From NCBI GenBank assembly GCA_030141605.1, contig JAQGDQ010000390.1:156331-220330 (forward strand): 64,000 bases of DNA. Direction: 5' to 3'. The notes under the pieces were generated by a model. The model did not search any database, had not been told where the DNA came from, and saw only the letters and a list, made by a program, of their open reading frames with translations. Below, piece by piece: positions 24,884 to 37,381 of the stretch. This DNA comes from Tubiluchus corallicola. Lineage: Eukaryota > Animalia > Priapulida. The first letter of the stretch is position 1. Every line of letters begins with the position of its first letter. The position numbers and the translations under genes are program-made.

Positions 24884-27800
24884 CTATAAATAAATAAAGT
24901 TTAAACTAAACTAATACTTTGTAGGATTAAACGATGACTCACAATGGGATTAAACGAAGTTTTTATAAATGTGTAAAATACACAAAGTACTTTTTGTCGA
25001 AATTAAAAGTCTCAACTCACTTACCAACACTGTGCTAAAAATGAGAGCTCTGTTGTAAGACCTGTTATTTTCGGCTTGTCTTATTTCCCTGACCAAATTA
25101 ACAGCAGCTGTAACATAAAAGTACCATAGGTATTGCATAAGCAATAATAGCAGTATAATAAAAAATCTGATTTGTGAGAATTTTTCGAGAATTTTACTAC
25201 CGAGATATTAATTAACTGTCATCAGTTGTAAATTTTAGTCAATTTGGTCATTGTAACTGTAGCTCTTTTTAGCTCAATTTTATGAAAAAAAACTTAAGGA
25301 AGCTCCATGCTTAATAATTTTAAAGTGTACCTGAAAAATAAGGTATAATCGAGGTTTCATAAGCAAAATTTGTAGCAAGCATAGGAAGCAGTAAAATTGG
25401 CAATTGTTTTACAATTTACGGTAAGTTTCATGCCAGTGCAGCTTCCCTCCCGAATTACAACAACCAATCCATTTAATAGAAGTCATTCACTTTTCTGCAT
25501 ATGGTCGTCTACATGTAATATCTCTGAGCTCACATCGTATGATTAGTTAAGTAAAGTAGGGTTTGTATGATATGAAAATAAGCACTAACAAAAATGTTTA
25601 TAATTTGTCCACAACATGTGTGTCACGTGGCATAGCTGATTTCTAATTCCCATGTGGAATGAATGTTGTGACGATGTAGTCTAAGTTCCGTTATTGCAAA
25701 TATGTGGTTCGTGACTTAAGTGTAACCCTTAGGTAAAGAATAAAACACTTAGTCGAAAACACTGAGAAGAAACCACTGAATTAATAAAATAATATAACAA
25801 TTTAATGAATATTTCAAAACACATTACAAGACAAATGTTAATAATAAAGCAAATCCGGCTAAGAAGAGAAAGAACAACGTAATGTTTTTCACCAGTCCAG
25901 TCTTGGCATCATCAAGCGACTATTCTCCTGTTCCCATTCCGCGGCATCTCCTCACCAGGGGCTTGATCGAGGAATGGTGCACCATAGAACGGTTGACTAC
26001 ACTACCTCTTGATGGAGCTGATTACGTGGACGACGACGACGTCTCCAAACTTTGACGACTCCTGATGTATACGCCTCCACTTATATGACGCCAAAATAGG
26101 GTAGCATCCAAGTTCCTGCACTCGTCGCAAGGTAAGGATTTCCAGTTTCGTAATCACAGCATGGAAGCACCAACGACAGTATCATCAACGACAGGTAAAT
26201 GCGTGTAAGTATCAGTAGCAGCTGACATCATCGACAACAGGTAAGTACAATCTTTAATAAGTGATGTATCATCAGCGTCAGGAAGATATAAGCAGCAACA
26301 GGTAAGTATCATCGCTGGTATGCAGCTATCGTCTCTGTCGTAACCATGTAGACAGATGCTTTTCTACAAGCAAGCACTATTACTACTAAACCATCATTTC
26401 ATGATATGAGAACGTCCGCTTAACTCGACAACTTAAAGCGGAATACCTGGGCGAACTGAACAGCCAAAATTTCGTCTACGTGGCTTCAATCACATGATAT
26501 AGTAGTCATGCATAAACAGTGTCATTAAATGTACAGGTGAAATCTGATTTCAGAACAAGTTGGCTTCTAGCCTTATATCATTAAACAGTTTAACTAAACA
26601 TCTTTTATAAAAATTGACAATAATTAATGGTAGAATTATAACAGTAGGAACTAGTTACATGACCTGGCCTAAAATAAGCCTGAGAGTCACATATGTCATG
26701 TCGTCGGCATACATGAGCGCAAAGCATAAAACCTAGGGTACATGACTATTGTAAGCTCTACACTTATATAAATGATTTATTTATTCATTATTTACTATTT
26801 ATTTATTTATTTATTGTCAATTTGATTGTGCTCAAGCGTGAATAAGTGCTATGCAGTGTCACTGTAATGAGTCGTAAAAGCACAAGAAGCTGCGCATAGC
26901 ATCAATGTAACATACTAAATTTTCGTTTTCTAAACTCCTTTATTTACAGTTTAAAGAAAATAATAAAGATTTGTAAACCTCAGCGTATTAGTTCCTGAGC
27001 GTTTCAGGGAGCCAAAGCTGGGTGTCTAGAACAACTATTTCTCTTTGGCGAAGTGTGTGCTGGACAACGATAGTGAGGCTGCACGGAGGCTGGTTAGTAA
27101 ACGGACAGAGACCTCCAGAAAAACTGCTTCTTCTGGATTCAGTGCCTCTAGCTACATATATCCCATTGATGGAGCGTATACACTCATTCAAAACAACCAC
27201 TGCCACTTCGGGACTTATCTTACAGATAATCTTTAATAATGATTTCGGTTTCATTCCTTCCACAAACCTTTTCATTAGGCTCTTGCGTTGAGTGCTTGAT
27301 TCCAGTTTATAGTGTGCCGCATCGGGATAACACTCTTAACATTCTTAATACGTGCACTTTAATTTCCATTGTCTACAGTTAAATATATTGAACGTTCTGG
27401 AATAAATTACTGTACTATTTTCCTTACTTTACTAACCCTTTCGACCCAAATCTGTAATTACAGCGTCTAGACTGTAGCAAATATCGCTACGAGGTAGAAA
27501 TTTGATCAGTTTGTTTGTTATTTAAAAAAACTGTGGCATCCATGAGAAGTGTGTTATAGAAACGAATAGATGTTGCTGTTGAAAGTCTGCCAAATGTCTG
27601 CTTCATATCAACATGATTTTGATTCAAGTTCTTACTCGCCCAGTTTTAGAGATCAGCCCAAAGACATGGTTTTTTTAGAATCAACAGTAATCGAACATAA
27701 GCGGTTAGTAGCGTAAAAGAAAGAGCCAAGGTTTATTTCAATGTTCACGAAAAACGTTAGAAAGGTTTAGTAATTAAAGTGTGATAAGCACTTCGTGTAA

Positions 27801-28938
27801 TTAGTAAAATCAGTTTAAAGTCGCGATCATTTCACGCTTGGGCGTTCCCATTTTGAATACACATTCTTCCACTAATGACGTCGTTCACCGGCTGAAGAAA
27901 AATGGCGCACTGTCAATTTCCGTGAAAGGTATAATAAGTTTTTGCAAAAAATTAGATAGTTGATGTTGCGACGCATTTGCATGAGCATTAGGTAAGCTGC
28001 AAAAGTCTAATTAGCATGCGCTTTCAGAACGCGACGATGCGCTTACGAAATGTCATGAATCCACCAGTAACGTCAAATAAATGGCGGCTACCACAGCAAT
28101 TGAAAATTTCTATACAGCGGTAAAATTAACTTTATGCTCTGTAGACAGTCTTATAAGAAATCTCTTTGTTATGTTTTTGTTAATTTAAGTGATAACATTA
28201 AAATAAACTCAACATGTTAGGTGACTTCCTCCTTTCCTTTAAGCTTGAAGTATAAAACACAAAATTGAAGAAAAATCAGGCAAATGCAAAGATTTTATTA
28301 CACATGTCAAGATTTTGTAAGTCGTCCAGCTCTGAATGAGATAATGGCATATTTAATGTAGATAATTGTGGCAGGCAAGAATCTAGCTCAATAAAAGTGA
28401 TCCTGAGAGGTGTCTCAGATACGTTGGGACGACCATTCATAAACCAGATAAATAGCCTTAGGCAGTTTTCGCGACGACCACCCATTCATTTACTGACCAG
28501 GCTCACTGTCGCTAAACCTAAACAGTGACTACTAAGCTTTGACAACAATAGTTAGTGAATATACAAAAAAATACAAGGAATCGCCAAATTCTGTTAAATG
28601 TGAGCATACAAGCAAATACTAAATGTTTTTAGGATAGGTTGTTCTGCCTTATTAATAGCCAGCATATATATATTATACATTATTAATAGTTAGAAGTGTG
28701 ATTATGGCGTGTTTCTAATAAACCAATATTCTCCGCCTTAGTTTGCTTTAATTTTAATCCCTTGTTGCAACATACAACTCTCTCATACAACTTGTTACAA
28801 CTCTCTCATAGCTACAAACAACGTAAAGTCTTCTAAACACTTCAGACTAATTACTAGAAGTGACAGTTCAATTTACGACCCTAATATATATATATAACCA
28901 AGCAGCCATTTTTTACGCTTCTGGTCCACAGCGTCATC

Positions 28939-30533
28939 ATGGAAATAGAAGAAAACGCACAAAACGTCAACTCAAAAGAATTCCCAGCTACTGAGCAAGA
29001 GTTTACCACAAGGTGAACGTCCTTGGTCGAATTGATGTAAAGAAAATTGAAAATAAATTTGGTAAGTAACTTATTCATAAAATCACTCTGTATTATATCA
29101 GCGAGAGTTGCCACATTTTACTATGTATGTCCTAGCAAAACTCAGCCTACTAGTATTGCTTGTTTGCTTCAGTAGGTAACGTCTGTTTCCTAACTATAGT
29201 TTTGCTCACTTGAGGTCAAGTCGGAAAAAAGAAACCACCCCGAATATACAACCTTACAGATGCACTTAGCGCTAAGAGCTGATAACGAGTTTAGTTCACA
29301 AATATTCTCAGCAATATGCACCCAGAAGGAAGCCAAATATTATTTCAAGAAGACGAAAGCAGATGGAGATAGGAGCAAGCTGGTGTTTTACATCATTAGA
29401 ATAGAAATAAAAGGTTATTTATGGATCACATATGAACAAATATATGACCTCGTGATGAATAATGCTTCTCACAGGATATCCTCATTTAAAATTCAGTTAG
29501 TTTTACAGATGGCAGAACAAATACTGTAAACACCACAAATTTGAATACTAAAACTTTTGCGAAAAGTGCTGCGCCATCCATTGAAAACACAGAGAAAACA
29601 TTGTGAGCTGACGAGCCTTTATTAAGCTTGAAGAACACAGGAGTAGCAGTGTTGATCAGTTTTGTTAACAACTTATAGGCAATTTTTTAAACCAAAGACT
29701 TTATTTATGTAAAGTAAAAAACATTCAATGAGTTTTAATTCCTTGTAGTGAACTTGCGTCTTACAGATTTAGTTTAGTGTTGCTAAAGACAATTATATCT
29801 ATGTAAGTTAAATTTGTCCACCATTTAAAATTTCGAAAACATGGGCTATAAAATTTTAAAACAACGATTTAGATGTAACAAAGATATTGCACCACGTCTA
29901 CAATAAGGTGATGTAGCTTATGAAGCTAACCCAGTAAGGAAAACTATGACTGTACTGATTACAAGAAAGATATTCTTACAACTTCATAAGCATGTACAGT
30001 TAAATTGTTTAGAGGCCCAAAATTGCTTTAAAATGAATTTCATTTTAAAAACGAAAATAAACGGCAATGCTCCAAAGACTGCTTAGAAGGTCATTTTAGC
30101 GCTGCAAAATGTTGAATGACGCATTCATCAGATGGTAACTTCGCCTCTGTCCCACCCTGTCAGCGCACCCACCCATAGAAAAACAAGCAAAAAACACAGG
30201 GAGGTTATTTATATCCGCTGCACACAGCTGTTACCGTCAACGCTTGCACCCCACCCACATTCTAACACTCGCTCACACCCAGCCAGCATGCACGCTGGAT
30301 TCAACAAGCACGCACTGAGTCATTGGACATTCTTAAACATTTCAAAACAGGTCCTAAGATGTGTTGAGCACACGCCAGCTACAGGAACGTGCTATCATGA
30401 GCATTAACAGTGTGTTTTATTGCAAACAGTTTCTGAGTTTGCCATGAATAACTCACACCAGATGCTTGAGAGAATTTCAAGAGATGAATTAGACGATATT
30501 GATGTTGAGCTCGGAAAAATTAAAATGTCCTAA
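28939..30533 (+). pseudogene. Possible decayed gene with a CARD/death-fold-like N-terminus
   Basis: Exon 28939-29061 (MEIEENAQNVNSKEFPATEQEFTTR*TSLVELM*RKLKINL, donor G|GTAAGT) joins in phase 0 to 29260 (MHLALRADNEFSSQIFSAICTQKEAKYYFKKTKADGDRSKLVFYIIRIEIKG). A terminal-exon-like segment at 30430-30533 ends ELGKIKMS*. The domain call is pattern resemblance only. Confidence 0.35.
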
Positions 30534-33500
30534 TAAAACTGCTTGGCTACAATTGAACGGGTTGTCAAATGACGTCACCTCTTTATAATTATGCAAGGGA
30601 GACACGAAATGCCTTACAAGTTATAATTGTACAAGTTATTACTATTCATTTTATTCTGTAGTAGCAGTGTAATAGTAGCAACACTTCGAATTGACAAATA
30701 AAAATGGCAACATATTTTACTAAAAGGCTGGATTGCTATACAGACCAGTTTGCATCGTTTATGTATATTGAAACAGGAAGACACTGTAAGCCAAAAAACT
30801 TTCCCATTAAGCAATGCTTATGTATATCATTTTTTATTACAAGTACTGCACTTCGTAATGAAATGGTAACTTGTAGGTTGTATGTAGTAATAGGGGTCAG
30901 AGGTCATCCAATCTCGGAATAACTTATTACATCATATCATTTGATGTAACACAAGCTAGCTTAGTTTAAACTGAGATAAATTTGTTTCGCTGACCCCTAT
31001 TTTGCCCTTACTGGGTTTACGGATCAACCAATCTGCGCGTAACTAACTTAAATCATTTACTTTATCTCATTTAGTTTCGGTTGACACTGTATTTTGAGGA
31101 CCTGTTCAACAGCTAACACTAAGTGGCGTCTCGTTGCTTGCTGTGTGCCAAAAACGAAACTGTTGCAAAAATATGATTTTTAGTCACAACGTATAATTAT
31201 AGTACAACACTATGTACCACACAGTACTAAAGTCACCGTATTAAAAACTTCATTGCTACCATTATTACAATGAACAAGTTTCAAAATACTTCAAAGTGAG
31301 TTATTTGCTGTGGACTACACGAAAGTTATTGCAGAGTACCAAATCAACGTCATCATAGGAGCTCACTTCTCTTCGATTATATTTATCCTCTTATACACGT
31401 GTGCTTTACATTAACATTACGCGATTACTTTCATGTTTACTGTATCATTTCAGAAACTTAAATGAAATAGAAAGACTCATATAACACGAAATTCATCTTT
31501 TTGGTACATGGAGTTAACATACAATGCAACGTTCTTAACATGTGGATTTTTTTAAAGTGCAAAAAAACAGTTTATAGTATTTCACGCACGATCTGCGATG
31601 CTTAAAACTAGATTGTTTGTACACGTGAAAACATTTGCCTGTTATAGGCGGATAAAGCTAGTTCAACAGCGGCTAGGTGGACGTTTTTCATACTGTCAAA
31701 CAGAATAACAAACAAACGAAATGCCCGCATCTCAACTACTTAGCGCGAAACGAATACAGCCAGCTCTGTTTGCGTTCCTCATCCGAACTAGTTTTTGGAC
31801 AAAAATCTGGTGAAATGTTAGGAAAATGACGAGTTTTGCAGAGAATTTTTTTGTGGTAATTTCAAGGTGACGGAATTCCTGGTGTTTTAAAGAGACTGGA
31901 TAGTAGCGGCCTTACTGTACGAAAACATTAATTATAGTGGCCAAATTTCGTACGGGTTATACCACCAATAGTCCTGCCATCTGTTTTAATAATACTGATA
32001 GGCACGCTACATTATGCTGATGGTTGTGGCAGGACCGAAATATGGTTCACTGTCGAGACCAATCCTCTGAAATGCTGAACTGGGAGCGGTGTTTTAGATA
32101 TGCCCAACAGCACATACAGCCTCCCTCAACGAGCATATTATTATTATTATTATTACTATCATTTTATTTGTATAATATTAGCATTAAACATAGCTTAGTC
32201 TGACGCTACTAAGGAGTTCTTTGTGACACTCACTGAACGGCTAACTATAAAAGGTCTAAATAATTAGAGATAATGTGACAGATTAATTGAACGCAATTGA
32301 TTTTTCTGGCATCCATCTATTTACAGACCAATTCCAGCGTTGCTTACCTTCGCAGGAACAAAAGCCAAAATGACAACTTACATTTAAATTCTTTTGCAAA
32401 AATGAACCCCACAGCTTCAAACGATACTTCATTCAGCGTTTTCCCAGGCAAGCACTTCAATTTAATGCATAAATTAAAACAACCTTTATTACCAAAGTGC
32501 GCTTTTGAATGGAAACTTTTCTAGCTTTAAAAATATTTCAATCGTCTGTAGAATACATTCATAATAAGTTTATATAGCGCCTAGCTGTATATATAGGTAT
32601 TAAACTATTATTATTTTTTGTTTTGTGCAGTTCGACAAAGTGCAAGCTGGGATCGAGCAGCTGGACTTACTTATTCAACACAATCACAATCCAAACAGTC
32701 TAGGATGAGACACTGAACTGACAGAAGTGTTTTGGCAATTAGTGTTTCGACGAAATAACGCATGCGCGTTTAGACTAAACTGCTCAAAAACAGATTTTCT
32801 GCTATCACAATCTATTTATTAATCAAACTTTAGCGTTGCTTAACTGGTACAGCTAAATACATACAACAACCATTCAGACATTACTGTCTCCCCTATGCAC
32901 AATAGATTTTCAAGTAAATTAGATAATGGCACATTACAGTTTTAACATTTAAATGAGTTTCGCAATGAACGTTTTAGTAACGTCAGACTAAACAGTATTT
33001 AATTCTGATTCATATTCAAATTCAAAACTACTGCATAAATAAATATGGCACAACGTAGAGGATGTGCAGTTACATTTATATGAGAAAAGAAGTGCTTTCT
33101 CGGTTACTACCGGTATCAGTAAAGCCAAGCTTTCAAATTTGTCACATAAGTGTGACCGTGGCCTAGCATAATTGCACGAATATGAACGTAGCTTTAATTA
33201 GCACATCAACACAGGCTCGTTAAATCTATTGTAGACATTGGGAGGCAGAATTCTAACATAAAACAAATCTGCCTTCAAGACAGGCAAACACAGCAGCAAC
33301 CCAGCAAAAAATAGACACTACTGTGCCAGTGGTTTGTCAGCACCACTTCCGAATAAATTCAGGTGAATGTGAATGCAAAGCAACACTGCCGTCCCTCTAC
33401 TGACTTGGTTTGTTGATGCTTAAATTCAGTCAACATACACGTGATCGTTCAACTTTCCCCAAACACAGCTTTCCCCAAACTTAAAATGTCAATTCTTATA

Positions 33501-33926
33501 AAAACTCATTTTCCGATTGAAAGATAAATAGTACTTTTTAAAAACAACTTTTTTAAAACATAAAAACTGTAAAAACTGTACAGACATTTTCATCTACCTG
33601 GCAGTAGTTATCCGCGTGACAGAATAGTTCAATACCCACACTGAAAACGACTACTACCGCGTAATCGAAATTTATATAATTTTATAAAGTTTTTAGTCTT
33701 CGATAAACCGATAAACACGTTTTATCAAACTAATCTAGCTTGACCAGTACATTTACTCAGTACAAATTTGGACTCTTCGTTTGCAGGTCGATTTGCACTG
33801 AAAACGTGATTATGATTCACAGCGTTTTTCAGGTTTAGTTCAAAGCAAAACATTATAGCTTATTGACACGAAGTAAGTAATGTAAACAATGATTTACTGC
33901 AGTCAGTTCTTGGTGTTATGAAAACA

Positions 33927-36900
33927 TCAACATTTCACACCCCCTGCTACCGGCCCTTGACGAGGTACAGTTTTCCTGCCAATAATAGAGCTTGACTTTT
34001 CTAAGCCTTGAGTAGGCACTGAAGATCCTTGTCCTTTCTTATTACCTTTCCCAAATTTCCTACTATGATGCGGGGAAGAGGCATAGATTGTGCTACCTTT
34101 TGTAATATCATTCACGTAGTTTGAATATTTGCCAAACCTATAATAACTAAATAGTTATCATTACGTTAAAACAGTCTCATTACTGTGCTTGTTAGAGCTC
34201 ATTCACACCAAAACACACGAGTTTCAGCTTCTTATTACAAATTAATCGCTGCATGTGAGATCGCATATAATTAATATCATAATTTATCCATAAAATAATA
34301 ATGCGAGCAAGCAATTAATTTCACAAAAATGATGTTCAGACCACTTAGCACTGACGAAATGACGCGTATCGCGTTCTCTTCATCAACTAGAAAAATACAC
34401 ATAAGCTCTGAGGAAGATTATCTACAGCCTATCTGAAGACTTAGTGAGGTGTGGCACGCCTTTGGTCACTTACGTCATGTGCGTCAATGTACATTTACGT
34501 TAAATTACGTGTGACTTACGTAATGTAACTCATTATGTTATGATGTCCGACTTATAATAGTTGTAATTTGTAAGGAATTTGCCGGCCCTTTACTGGAATA
34601 GTTTTGCCAGGTCAATGGATAAGTGTGAACACAGTCTTAGCTCCTATATAATGCGTACTTATTTGACGAACTACATGTGTTTCACCCTAACAGTGTAAAA
34701 ATCACACACTTTTTACACGAAACTGTAAAAGCCTTACAGCGCTCTGTTGTCGTCAAATAAAATTTTTATTTGCGATCCTACCGCTCAGCTTTAATACTTT
34801 ATGATTAAGTATACTGTCTGTACCCTCTATTGCATATTGGCTGTTTCTCAAGAGGAATCTCTGTTCTACGACCTGCAATAATGAACAGCTTTTCTTTCGG
34901 CACTTACCGGCGTACCGCACGTGTTACTAATTTTTATTTGCAGCTTAGGCAGAAGATACATTTCACTATGGTTACGCTCACTCATATCATCTTGTCAGAG
35001 AACCACAACTGTTCGGAAGTTGGTTTACTTGGGCAAGTGACTAGGATCCACTCACTCTAGTCAGCCTTTTGTTTTTATAATTTTAAATGACGATGATAAT
35101 ATTGTTATTTAATCCAGAGATAACACTGGAAATATTTTACATCTTTCAAGGAATTTTTTACTTATTTAGGAAAGTTACCTCACTGAAGAGTCGAAGAATA
35201 ATCGGTACCATTTTTCAGCCTTTAATATAACTAGGACGGGAATTAAGCCTACGAATCACCTCAACGGAAAGTAAAGGCGTTCCTGTATAATTAAATAACA
35301 TAATGTATACTAGGGGTTGCCATCGAATGTTCGAATTTTTTTAGTTAAAATTCGATTCGAACCTAAAATTATAGATTCGAATATTTCAGGACTTCAACAG
35401 CTTGTGTTCTTTATTATCAAAACGATTGAAACAACATGCAATCAGTACAATTTAGCTGTGATTTCTGTGCAAAATTTTAAACAAATTATTACTGTTTTTA
35501 TTGTAGAATAAAATCAAGTAAATACGCATGATTCTCGTGAGACCACTTTATTAATGATTCGATTTTTTTTCGAAAATCTTTACAACTGAATTAGATTCGA
35601 AATTCGTTTGATACAAGTTCGAAAAAAAAACAAATTCGATTTCTAGTAGCGAAAGCTTGCCGTTTATATCATCCCTTGAAATAGGTAAATCGTTGAAGTA
35701 GTATGTTTGGCAATCGGTTAAACGCTCTCCTAGAGGGAGCCACTCATATTCTTATACTTGCCAATCTCAGAACTGATCACGTGTATTACCGCACCATAAC
35801 CATTCAGCTACTCCCTGGTATACCCCCCTCCCCCACCCAGAAAAACTCACTAAGATACAGACATTTGCGTTTTCAATTAATATCATCTAGGAGAACCAGC
35901 AGAAGACTTACAGTAACATTTACGCAGAAACAAAGCCTTCTTGGCTTTCCTGTCATAATTGCAACGTCACCAACTTACCTCTTTGAAGGAAGTGGTCATG
36001 GCAAAAGCTTCACTGGACTACGATCCTGCTGTAATTTTGTAAATAGACTTTAAACTCGTCGATGTTTAAAACGATTGTTGATCGGCACATTTTTACAACT
36101 CAGAAAATTTACAGTGCCTCACGTTCTACCGAAATGCCAGAGGGAAAATTCTTCTTGTCACACCGTTGCTTGTGTGTAAAATTCAGGAACCACCGTTTTC
36201 CTGGTACCATAATTTCGGAGGACACTTAAACGCAAAGACATAATTTGACCTTGAAGTGATATTATTGATAATTCCCTGACGTACGCAAAAATGGCAACCA
36301 CAGTATGTTATTGATGATTATTGTGACAAGAGCTCTTAATTTGTATAGATGTTTAGCATGGATTGTTAATTCAACTGTTAATGTTAATCGCACACCGTAA
36401 AAGTGTCTGCAACAAATCGCCTGACGTCAAATTGTCGCTGACCAAATTTGTCTCGGACACGACAACGTTTGTATGAGCGGCAATTTGTGTCATGGGTAAT
36501 CCTCAGTAAACAATTATTAGATGACACGTGACCAAAAAGATAACACGTGACCAACGACTTTGATTAAAATACGTCGTGACGTAGACCGCTTATTGTTACA
36601 TTTACAGCACGATAATAAAAAATAAAATTGAATATGCTTGCTTCTAATTGTCTGCTTTCGTTAAGCCTGCATATATGATGCAAGTCGGAAACCTAATCTT
36701 CAATACAACAATTAAATCGCGATACGATTTAATGACATGTGGCAATTAACAAAACTGTTAGTGGTGTGTTAGAAATGCTAAATCAAGGAAGCTATTACGT
36801 TTGAAAATTCTTTTACAGCAAGTGGAAGACGCATTGCGGTAGCTTATGCAAACGAACCCATTAAACCGGACAGTCACATAGTAGACCAAAAATTGCAAAC

Positions 36901-37381
36901 AGGTAAAATTGATTTTGTTCTTTTGTTTGTATGCATTTGCTAGTCAGGTGCCTAACTTAGTGAACAGCGTAAACTAATCAAAATTGGGCAGCTGCAATAA
37001 CCAAAGACTTACAAACAAATCTTATACCAAACTTATAATGCATTCACTTTTTTGTTATTGGAATGATATGTTACTACATTATACAGGATTGCTACTAGTA
37101 GTGCAGTCTAATGGTGACGCTATCTACTAAAATTACTAACACAAACTAATACGGCATTAATTCGTAGAAAAATACGGATTAATAGTCATTATTGCAACAT
37201 TAACAATTACACAGAACCGATAGTAAAATTGCGGTACCTATACCGGGAGGCAGCGCTTACTGGGCGTAGTCACAATCCTTCCCTAATTTACTATGATTAT
37301 CTTACCTGCATCTGCATTATCAACTGCTGAACCCAAACTGACCACTGCCGCAAACACTACAAGAAATTCGCCTAATTTCAT
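33927..37381 (-). CDS. Candidate ~111-aa secreted, prepropeptide-like protein. Exons 37381-37306, 34872-34824, 34137-33927
   Basis: Clear signal-peptide exon MKLGEFLVVFAAVVSLGSAVDNADA with a G|GTAAG donor; two further AG/GT-bounded segments join in frame. The signal exon is also phase-compatible with the iGluR microexon, so its assignment is ambiguous. Confidence 0.4.

Noticed and set aside
36123-36239. Chitin-binding-like FKCPPKLWYQENGGS-TGA read as a selenocysteine exon
   Set aside because: No SECIS identified, the remaining cysteines are out of frame, and it does not join neighbouring segments in phase.
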